The notes under the pieces: model-generated | Databases searched by the model: none | The model's input: only the letters and a program-made list of their open reading frames with translations | What the model was told of the DNA's origin: nothing | Shown: in pieces, positions 56,889-64,000 of the stretch | Layout: the number at the start of each line of letters is the position of its first letter | How positions within the stretch are numbered: the stretch's first letter is position 1 | Assembly (NCBI RefSeq): GCF_988243305.1 | Contig: NZ_OZ547136.1 | DNA: 64,000 bases | Direction: 5' to 3' (one strand) | Made by a program: the position numbers and the translations under genes

Positions 56889-57889
56889 AAACAGAACGTA
56901 TTCTCGGTGCTCTTTACGGGCAGGCGTTAGGGGATGCGATGGGGATGCCCTCCGAGCTTTGGCCACGCAGCCGCGTTAAAGCACACTTTGGCTGGATTGA
57001 CCGTTTTCTGCCTGGACCAAAGGAGAATAACGCGGCCTGTTATTTTAACCGCGCCGAATTCACCGACGATACCTCGATGGCGCTGTGTCTGGCGGATGCG
57101 TTGCTGGAACGTGAAGGCAAGATCGATCCGGATCTGATTGGGCGTAATATTCTCGACTGGGCGCTACGTTTCGACGCCTTCAACAAAAACGTGCTAGGTC
57201 CGACCTCGAAGATTGCGCTTAACGCCATTCGCGACGGTAAACCCGTTGCTGAACTGGAAAACAACGGCGTGACCAACGGCGCAGCGATGCGCGTCTCGCC
57301 ATTAGGTTGTTTGCTTCCGGCGCGCGATGTTGATTCCTTTATTGATGATGTGGCGCTGGCGTCCAGCCCGACCCATAAATCCGATCTGGCGGTTGCAGGT
57401 GCGGTAGTCATCGCGTGGGCAATTTCTCGTGCCATTGACGGAGAAAGCTGGTCAGCGATTGTTGATTCTCTACCCTCGATTGCGCGACATGCACAGCAAA
57501 AACGCATCACCACCTTCAACGCCTCACTGGCGGCGCGGCTGGAGATTGCGCTGAAAATTGTGCGCAATGCCGACGGCACCGAATCCGCCAGCGAACAGCT
57601 TTACCAGGTCGTTGGCGCAGGTACCAGCACTATTGAGTCCGTTCCGTGCGCCATTGCGCTGGTTGAACTGGCTCAAACCGACCCGAACCGTTGCGCCGTC
57701 CTGTGCGCTAACCTTGGCGGCGACACAGACACCATCGGTGCTATGGCAACAGCAATTTGCGGCGCGTTGCATGGCGTTAAAGCAATCGATCCTGCGTTAA
57801 AGACGGAACTGGATGCGGTAAATCAGCTTGATTTCAACCGCTATGCCACAGCGCTGGCGAAATATCGTCAACAACGGGAGGCGGTATGA
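56885..57889 (+). CDS. yegU: ADP-ribosylglycohydrolase family protein
   Basis: 334-aa ORF; 4-bp overlap with yegT. Confidence 0.88.
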   Translation: MKTERILGALYGQALGDAMGMPSELWPRSRVKAHFGWIDRFLPGPKENNAACYFNRAEFTDDTSMALCLADALLEREGKIDPDLIGRNILDWALRFDAFNKNVLGPTSKIALNAIRDGKPVAELENNGVTNGAAMRVSPLGCLLPARDVDSFIDDVALASSPTHKSDLAVAGAVVIAWAISRAIDGESWSAIVDSLPSIARHAQQKRITTFNASLAARLEIALKIVRNADGTESASEQLYQVVGAGTSTIESVPCAIALVELAQTDPNRCAVLCANLGGDTDTIGAMATAICGALHGVKAIDPALKTELDAVNQLDFNRYATALAKYRQQREAV

Positions 57890-58851
57890 GCGGCGCTCGA
57901 TTACACACGCTGCTGCCTGAATTAACCACGCGTCAGTCGGTGATGGTCGTCGGCGCGGCGGTCATTGACGTGATCGCCGACGCTTATGCCCTCCCCTGGC
58001 GTGGGTGCGATATCGAACTGAAACAGCAGAGCGTTAACGTTGGCGGCTGCGCACTGAATATTGCCGTGGCGTTAAAGCGCCTCGGCATCGAAGCGGGTAA
58101 TGCCCTGCCGCTCGGTCAGGGCGTGTGGGCGGAGATTATTCGCAACCGGATGGCGAAAGAGGGGTTAATCAGCCTGATCGATAACGCTGAAGGCGATAAC
58201 GGCTGGTGTCTGGCGCTGGTTGAGCCGGATGGCGAACGCACTTTTATGTCATTCAGTGGTGTGGAAAATCAGTGGAATCGCGAATGGCTGGCGCGATTAA
58301 CCGTTGCGCCTGGCAGCCTGCTCTATTTTTCCGGTTATCAACTGGCCTCGCCCTGCGGCGAATTGTTAGTGGAATGGCTGGAAGAGCTGCAAGACGTGAC
58401 GCCGTTTATCGATTTTGGCCCACGTATTGGTGATATCCCGGATGCATTACTTGCGCGGATCATGGCCTGTCGACCTGTCGTATCACTCAATCGTCAAGAG
58501 GCTGAGATTGCCGCCGAACGTTTTGCTTTATCCGCAGAGATAACAACGCTTGGCAAGCAATGGCAGGAAAAATTTGCCGCGTCGTTGATCGTTCGTCTCG
58601 ATAAAGAAGGTGCCTGGTATTTCAGCGACAACACGTCAGGCTGCGCTCCCGCATTTCCAACGCAAGTTGTAGACACCATTGGCGCAGGTGATAGCCACGC
58701 AGGTGGCGTACTTGCCGGGCTGGCCTCCGGTCTGCCACTGGCGGATGCCGTATTACTGGGCAATGCAGTGGCATCGTGGGTTGTCGGACATCGGGGCGGT
58801 GATTGCGCGCCGACGCGCGAGGAACTACTCCTCACACACAAAAACGTATAG
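57886..58851 (+). CDS. yegV: PfkB-family carbohydrate/nucleoside kinase
   Basis: 321-aa ORF with C-terminal DTIGAGD motif; 4-bp overlap with yegU. Confidence 0.88.
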   Translation: MSGARLHTLLPELTTRQSVMVVGAAVIDVIADAYALPWRGCDIELKQQSVNVGGCALNIAVALKRLGIEAGNALPLGQGVWAEIIRNRMAKEGLISLIDNAEGDNGWCLALVEPDGERTFMSFSGVENQWNREWLARLTVAPGSLLYFSGYQLASPCGELLVEWLEELQDVTPFIDFGPRIGDIPDALLARIMACRPVVSLNRQEAEIAAERFALSAEITTLGKQWQEKFAASLIVRLDKEGAWYFSDNTSGCAPAFPTQVVDTIGAGDSHAGGVLAGLASGLPLADAVLLGNAVASWVVGHRGGDCAPTREELLLTHKNV

Positions 58852-59571
58852 ATCGCTACGACAGTGGCTGATGCTGTACTCAATAGGCCGTTGCTGTTGG
58901 TCAAGTGCCACTTGCTTGATCACCAGCACCGGTATTTTGCTATCTAACTGAATATGTGACTGAAACTCAGCATCCGGCATTCGGGCGCTAACACGGGAAC
59001 GGGTACGCTTTGGAAAAATATGCTGACTGCGAAAGTAGTCATAGAGAGAAATACCGATGGCATCAACATCATGAATTAAATGCGCCGGAACCCACGATTC
59101 CTCAATGGATACCGCGTCTTCATCGACATAGCGAATACGCTTAAGCAAAAAGACATCACTGCCCGCTTCGACCGCCAGTTGCTGCGCCACCTCTTCAGGG
59201 CATTTAACCACTCGCTTGTTAACCCACAGCGTATCGGGCTTTTTCCCGCGCAACACCACCTGTTGAGAAAAACCTCGCGCTTCTTTCAACGAGTATTCAA
59301 AGATGTTGTTGATCTGCGTGCCGTAACCACGCGAACGTGTCACCACGCCCTCTTCTTCCAGCGCCTGCATCGCCTTGCGCACCGTAATACGCGAAACGCC
59401 GGTTAACTGACTTAAATCACGCTCGCCGGGTAAAATATTGCCATGTTCCAGCACCCCGCTGCGCACGGCATTTTTTACCGTTTCGGCAAACTTAATATAA
59501 AGCGGCGTGTTGTCCGCCGCTAAAATACGTTCATTCAGTTGAGCAATAAGCTGGGTATGCGCTTGTTCCAT
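58825..59571 (-). CDS. yegW: GntR/HutC-family transcriptional regulator
   Basis: 248-aa ORF with N-terminal winged HTH and UTRA-like C-terminus; 3' end overlaps the convergent yegV by 27 bp. Confidence 0.88.
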   Translation of the reverse strand: MEQAHTQLIAQLNERILAADNTPLYIKFAETVKNAVRSGVLEHGNILPGERDLSQLTGVSRITVRKAMQALEEEGVVTRSRGYGTQINNIFEYSLKEARGFSQQVVLRGKKPDTLWVNKRVVKCPEEVAQQLAVEAGSDVFLLKRIRYVDEDAVSIEESWVPAHLIHDVDAIGISLYDYFRSQHIFPKRTRSRVSARMPDAEFQSHIQLDSKIPVLVIKQVALDQQQRPIEYSISHCRSDLYVFVCEE

Positions 59572-59622
59572 TTGTCTTTTTCCAGGCGATGAGTCTGGAG
59601 GAAGTATATCACTGCTGGTTAT

Positions 59623-60450
59623 TTAAGGCGTTTCTTTAATGTCATCAACGAAAGCCTGCAATTCCTCCACCTTGCCATTAAACACATTAAAATCCACCGG
59701 ACCATTAATGCCATCTACCTGTCCACGGTCGGAATGCTGCCAGAAGTGCCAGGCCATTCCGTCATTGTCCGGACGACGTTGATAATAGTGCGCCACCCAC
59801 CACGGATACTCATTGAAATACCCCGCCAGATTCGTGTGATAAAACACGGCTCCGGAGTAAATAATCGGCTTTTTTCCCGTGCTTTTTTCGACCATTTTTA
59901 GCCACTGACTTACCCGCTTGCGTAATTCTTTTGCCGATAATTTTCCTCGCTCTTCTACGTCCAGCACGGCAGGGAAATCGCCGTGGGCAAAATCCACCGT
60001 TTGCAGAAATAATCTGGCCTGAACTGAAGCGGATACCGACGGGGAAAAATAATGATACGCCCCGCGCAGCAGGCCATTTTCGCGGCTTAGTTGCCAGTTA
60101 CGCGAAAAATAGGGGTCCACCAGCTTTTCGCCTTCCGTCGCCTTAATAAAGGCAAATTGTAAGCGAATACCGTTATCGCGCATTTTTGCCACCCGCTGCC
60201 AGTCGATCCGTTCCTGCCAGCGCGAAACATCTATTCCGTGAATGGTGTAACTGGCAGGAATGCGAATAGCGAAAGATTTAACCGGGCGATAACCGTAGAA
60301 GTGGATGTAGTCTTTAATCTGAATTGCTGTCGAATAGAAAAAATTCACCGTCTGACGCGGATGAATCGCAACGATGGAAATTAGCCCAAGAGAGCATAAT
60401 AAAGCGGTGAATTTTTTTCGACTGGTGATTCTAAGCTGCATTGGTTTCAT
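59623..60450 (-). CDS. yegX: Glycoside hydrolase family 25 (lysozyme-like) protein
   Basis: 275-aa ORF with N-terminal signal/anchor and GH25-like core. Confidence 0.85.
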   Translation of the reverse strand: MKPMQLRITSRKKFTALLCSLGLISIVAIHPRQTVNFFYSTAIQIKDYIHFYGYRPVKSFAIRIPASYTIHGIDVSRWQERIDWQRVAKMRDNGIRLQFAFIKATEGEKLVDPYFSRNWQLSRENGLLRGAYHYFSPSVSASVQARLFLQTVDFAHGDFPAVLDVEERGKLSAKELRKRVSQWLKMVEKSTGKKPIIYSGAVFYHTNLAGYFNEYPWWVAHYYQRRPDNDGMAWHFWQHSDRGQVDGINGPVDFNVFNGKVEELQAFVDDIKETP

Positions 60451-60505
60451 CCCTGAATGTCAGCGCCAAAGACTGACAATAACCAAAGCAGCTATAGTAA
60501 GGTGC

Positions 60506-61306
60506 TCACCACCACGCGTGGAAGTGGTGAACCGGACCAATACCGTGACCAACTTCCAGCGTGTCGGCCTGGGCTAACGCCGATGAAAGCCAGCTTTTTG
60601 CCTCCTGTACGGTGTCAGCCCAGTTTGTATGGCGCGGGCGTAGTGCAGCCAACGCCGCAGAGAGTGTACAACCAGTGCCGTGGGTGTTTTTGGTCATAAT
60701 GCGCGGTGCGGTAAACCGTTGTTCACCCTCGCGGGTAAACAGCCAGTCCGGGCTTTGCTCATCATCCAGATGACCACCTTTCATTAGCACTGCGCCACAG
60801 CCCATCGCCAACAGCGATCGCCCTTGTTCCAGCATTTCCTGTTCGGTGCGCGCGTGTGGCGCGTCGAGCAAGGCGGCAGCTTCGGGCAAGTTTGGCGTTA
60901 TTAATGAAACCTGTGGCAATAATCGACTGCGCAGCGTAGCAACCGCCGAAGGTGAAAGCAGCGGGTCGCCGCTTTTTGCCAGCATAACGGTGTCGAGTAC
61001 CACGTTTTGGATCTGATAACGTTGCAACCTTTCTGCCACCGCTTCAACAATATCGGTTTCCGCCAACATACCGATTTTAGTGGTGTCGATTCGCACATCG
61101 CTGAACACCGAATCGAGCTGGGCGGCGACAAAATCAGGCTCAATGCGATACACCGACTGTACGCCACGGGTATTTTGCGCCACCAGTGCAGTAATCACTG
61201 AGCAACCATAAGCGCCAAGTGCCGAGAAGGTTTTAAGATCGGCCTGAATCCCCGCACCACCACTCGGATCAGTACCGGCAATCGTCAGAGCGTTAATTCG
61301 TTTCAT
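60506..61306 (-). CDS. thiD: Hydroxymethylpyrimidine / phosphomethylpyrimidine kinase
   Basis: 266-aa [30 protein letters not shown]...; 4-bp overlap with thiM. Confidence 0.95.
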   Translation of the reverse strand: MKRINALTIAGTDPSGGAGIQADLKTFSALGAYGCSVITALVAQNTRGVQSVYRIEPDFVAAQLDSVFSDVRIDTTKIGMLAETDIVEAVAERLQRYQIQNVVLDTVMLAKSGDPLLSPSAVATLRSRLLPQVSLITPNLPEAAALLDAPHARTEQEMLEQGRSLLAMGCGAVLMKGGHLDDEQSPDWLFTREGEQRFTAPRIMTKNTHGTGCTLSAALAALRPRHTNWADTVQEAKSWLSSALAQADTLEVGHGIGPVHHFHAWW

Positions 61307-62091
61307 GCCTGCACCTCCTGCGTCAATTGCCAGAGCGCATCAAGGAAATGTGGAACAAAACTGCCTGGCCCCTCGCTTCTGGCGGCTGCGCGTTCTCCGG
61401 CTTGTTTCATCCAGTGACAGGCAGATGCGACATTTTCCAGCATATCGCCTGGTAACGCACAACAGGCAGCGACAACCGCCGATAATGCACAGCCAGTTCC
61501 TACCACTTTGGTCATTAACGGATCGCCACCGTGAATACCAATGATACGATGTCCATCGGTAACATAATCCATCTCGCCAGTGACCACGACGATTGCGCCA
61601 GTTTCCCGTGCCAGTGTTTGTGCAGCGGGTATCGCGTTAGCTGCGGCGTCAGTGGTATCCACTCCCCGTCCACCATTAGCAACGCCAGCTAATGCCATGA
61701 TTTCCGAAGCATTACCACGTATGGCGGTTGGCTTATGAGACAGAAGTTCCAGACAAAAACGGCGGCGATAATCGAGTGCACCCACCGCTACTGGATCAAG
61801 CATCCAGGGTGTTTGAGAGCGTTTTGCCTGTTCAACGGCGGCACGCATCGCCTGTGCGCGTGGCTGCGTCAGTGTGCCAACGTTAATCAGCAACGCACTG
61901 GCGATAGCCGCAAACTGACTGGCCTCTTCGGTTTCGATGACCATTGCTGGCGATGCACCGAGCGCCAGTAAGGTATTGGCAGTAAAGGTTTGCACCACAT
62001 CGTTGGTCATGCAGTGCACAAGAGGGGAATGTTGGTGAAAAAGGTGTAACGCGTGCGCAGATTGCGCGGAACTCAGCAGGTCGACTTGCAT
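61303..62091 (-). CDS. thiM: Hydroxyethylthiazole kinase
   Basis: 262-aa ORF. Confidence 0.95.
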   Translation of the reverse strand: MQVDLLSSAQSAHALHLFHQHSPLVHCMTNDVVQTFTANTLLALGASPAMVIETEEASQFAAIASALLINVGTLTQPRAQAMRAAVEQAKRSQTPWMLDPVAVGALDYRRRFCLELLSHKPTAIRGNASEIMALAGVANGGRGVDTTDAAANAIPAAQTLARETGAIVVVTGEMDYVTDGHRIIGIHGGDPLMTKVVGTGCALSAVVAACCALPGDMLENVASACHWMKQAGERAAARSEGPGSFVPHFLDALWQLTQEVQA

Positions 62092-62094
62092 AGT

Positions 62095-62225
62095 TTGCTC
62101 CTGCCATAACGTGAAGAAGCAATGACCTGGTGGTCCGTGACTTCCCTACGCTGGCATTATCCAGATCAGGTGATACGGGTATTTCTCAGCCTTCACGCAG
62201 AAGGGCACCCCGAGTCGTTTGATTG
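62095..62225 (-). promoter_or_regulatory. TPP (thi-box) riboswitch in the thiM leader
   Basis: Minus strand reads ...ACGACUCGGGGUGCCCUUCUGCGUGAAGGCUGAGAAAUACCCGUAUCACCUGAUCUGGAUAAUGCCAGCGUAGGGAAGUCACGGACCACCAGGUCAUUGC..., containing the conserved CUGAGA and ACCUGAUCUGGAUAAUGCCAGCG thi-box elements. Confidence 0.9.
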
Positions 62226-62313
62226 CGATGATAAATCGCAGAGGAGGATGGTAATGTCCAGCGCACGCGTTGTAAACGAGGAAAAACGGCAGTTTTACAA
62301 TAGCGTTAATAAA

Positions 62314-62586
62314 TTATTTGATATAAGAATCCAGCACCTTCAGAACGACATCCAGATCTTCTTCACGTTTTAGCTCATCCCCCTGGTGAACGATGTGTTC
62401 CGTCAGATGACCTTTAATCACTTCCCGCATCAGACCGTTTACCGCGCCACGGATAGCAGCAATCTGTTGTAAAACTGCAGCGCATTCGTGCGGCTCGTCG
62501 AGCATTTTCTTGAGCGCCACGACCTGGCCCTGAATCTTACTGGCACGCGCTTTCAGTTTCTGTTTATCACGGATGGTATGAGACAT
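62314..62586 (-). CDS. rcnR: Ni/Co-responsive transcriptional repressor (CsoR/RcnR family)
   Basis: 90-aa [32 protein letters not shown]... Confidence 0.95.
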
Positions 62587-62634
62587 GGCAACACCTGGTT
62601 AATAAGAATATGAAAAATCATAGCACTATTAATC

Positions 62635-62669
62635 TACTGGGGGGTAGTATCAGGTACTGGGGGGGAGTA
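62635..62669. promoter_or_regulatory. Two RcnR operator sites (TACT-G6-N-AGTA) in the rcnR-rcnA divergent promoter
   Basis: tactggggggtagta (62635-62649) and tactgggggggagta (62655-62669). Confidence 0.8.
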
Positions 62670-62706
62670 GAATCAGATTGCCGAATTAATACTAAGAATT
62701 ATTATC

Positions 62707-63531
62707 ATGACCGAATTTACAACTCTTCTTCAGCAAGGAAACGCCTGGTTCTTCATCCCCAGCGCCATCTTACTTGGTGCGCTTCATGGCCTGGAACCAG
62801 GGCACTCAAAAACGATGATGGCGGCGTTTATCATCGCCATCAAAGGCACCATTAAACAGGCGGTGATGCTCGGACTGGCAGCAACCATTTCGCATACCGC
62901 AGTGGTCTGGTTGATTGCCTTTGGCGGGATGGTGATCAGCAAGCGCTTTACTGCTCAATCAGCAGAACCGTGGCTCCAGTTGATTTCCGCAGTGATCATT
63001 ATTGGCACCGCGTTCTGGATGTTCTGGCGTACCTGGCGCGGCGAACGAAACTGGCTGGAGAATATGCACGAGCATGATCATGAGCATCATCACCACGATC
63101 ACGAAGATCACCACGACCATGGACATCATCACCATCACGAACATGGCGAGTATCAGGATGCCCATGCACGAGCCCATGCCAATGACATTAAACGACGCTT
63201 TGATGGTAGAGAGGTCACCAACTGGCAAATTTTGTTATTTGGCTTAACCGGTGGCCTTATCCCCTGCCCGGCAGCAATTACCGTGCTGTTGATTTGCATT
63301 CAGTTGAAAGCCCTGACACTGGGCGCAACACTGGTCGTCAGTTTCAGCATTGGCCTGGCGTTAACGCTGGTCACCGTAGGCGTTGGCGCAGCAATCAGCG
63401 TTCAGCAGGTCGCAAAACGCTGGAGCGGATTTAACACTCTCGCTAAACGCGCCCCCTATTTTTCCAGTCTGTTGATTGGCTTAGTTGGTGTGTATATGGG
63501 CGTACATGGCTTCATGGGCATAATGCGATAA
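62707..63531 (+). CDS. rcnA: Nickel/cobalt efflux permease with His-rich cytoplasmic loop
   Basis: 274-aa ORF; central HEHDHEHHHHDHEDHHDHGHHHHHEHGE loop between TM segments. Confidence 0.95.
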   Translation: MTEFTTLLQQGNAWFFIPSAILLGALHGLEPGHSKTMMAAFIIAIKGTIKQAVMLGLAATISHTAVVWLIAFGGMVISKRFTAQSAEPWLQLISAVIIIGTAFWMFWRTWRGERNWLENMHEHDHEHHHHDHEDHHDHGHHHHHEHGEYQDAHARAHANDIKRRFDGREVTNWQILLFGLTGGLIPCPAAITVLLICIQLKALTLGATLVVSFSIGLALTLVTVGVGAAISVQQVAKRWSGFNTLAKRAPYFSSLLIGLVGVYMGVHGFMGIMR

Positions 63532-63612
63532 CTCAATCCTTTAGGCTTGCATGTTATCTTCAGCCCAGGATGATTCTTAAATCAGCTATTTCCGCTGACT
63601 CTCTGCTCGCTA

Positions 63613-63633
63613 AGGATGCTTTTAGGGCATCCT
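63613..63633 (+). terminator. Hairpin downstream of rcnA
   Basis: aggatgc / ttttaggg / gcatcct followed by a T-rich tract. Confidence 0.4.
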
Positions 63634-63749
63634 TTCATTTACACTTTTTACGAAATCATGGGATCACTAACAAAATATCGCTTGTCAGTTATATTGTATG
63701 GCAGGAAAGATATGCGACTGATATTACAGATCCCCAAAGTGGAGAGTTT

Positions 63750-63965
63750 ATGACCATTAAAAATAAGATGTTGCTGGGTGTGCTTTTGCTGGTTACCAGT
63801 GCCGCCTGGGCCGCACCAGCCACCGCGGGTTCGACCAATACCTCGGGAATTTCTAAGTATGAGTTAAGCAGTTTCATTGCTGACTTTAAGCATTTCAAAC
63901 CAGGCGATACCGTCCCAGAGATGTACCGCATAAGGAGATCCCCTCATAATTTCCCCAAAGCGTAA
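63750..63965 (+). CDS. rcnB: Periplasmic Ni/Co homeostasis protein RcnB, apparently C-terminally truncated and fused to IS10-derived sequence
   Basis: Track ORF is 131 aa; trimmed to MTIKNKMLLGVLLLVTSAAWA... with SD ggagag. Only 71 codons before the stop, and the last ~10 codons (IRRSPHNFPKA) come from the IS10-like end starting at 63935. Confidence 0.6.
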   Translation: MTIKNKMLLGVLLLVTSAAWAAPATAGSTNTSGISKYELSSFIADFKHFKPGDTVPEMYRIRRSPHNFPKA

Positions 63966-64000
63966 CCATGTGTGAATAAATTTTGAGCTAGTAGGGTTGC
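63935..64000 (-). mobile_element. IS10 (Tn10-family) inside-end sequence with the last 18 codons of the transposase; element continues beyond the window
   Basis: Minus strand of 63944-64000 encodes ...ATLLAQNLFTHGYALGKL-stop, followed by ggggatctc, matching my recollection of the IS10 transposase C-terminus and inside end. The expected terminal CTGA is not present at the junction. Confidence 0.5.

Noticed and set aside
57040-57579. 179-aa minus-strand ORF.
   Set aside because: Antisense within yegU; Ala/Ser/Arg-rich composition typical of GC-rich antisense frames.
63061-63180. His/Asp-rich low-complexity stretch in rcnA, with Met-rich antisense ORFs (62959-63247).
   Set aside because: Not a simple-sequence artefact or separate gene; it is the metal-binding cytoplasmic loop of RcnA. 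The antisense and alternate-frame ORFs are by-products of the cat/cac repeats.

Overview
Enterobacterial (Escherichia coli-type) chromosomal segment, almost entirely ordinary core genome. All calls are from reading the sequence and ORF track and from recalled protein families; nothing was searched against a database. Gene order: colanic-acid capsule cluster on the minus strand (cpsG partial, cpsB, wcaI, gmm, fcl, gmd, wcaF-A, wzc, wzb, wza) with its ops/JUMPstart leader; yegH; asmA-dcd-udk; dgcE(yegE); alkA; yegD; the yegI/yegJ/yegK/yegL kinase-phosphatase-vWA cluster; a three-unit tandem Sib/Ibs type I toxin-antitoxin array; mdtABCD-baeSR; yegP; yegQ; CyaR sRNA; yegR; yegS; intact gatR and gatYZABCD; fbaB; yegTUV; yegW; yegX; thiMD with TPP riboswitch; rcnR-rcnA; and rcnB, which appears cut short by an IS10-like end at the window edge. 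The most notable items are the triple Sib/Ibs array, the YegL/YegK/YegI module, the IS10-like junction in rcnB, and several differences from my recollection of the K-12 reference (no P2 remnant after cyaR, intact gatR, an extra 9-bp repeat in cpsB). I found no CRISPR array, rRNA or tRNA. Coordinates of sRNA ends, promoters and REP elements are approximate.
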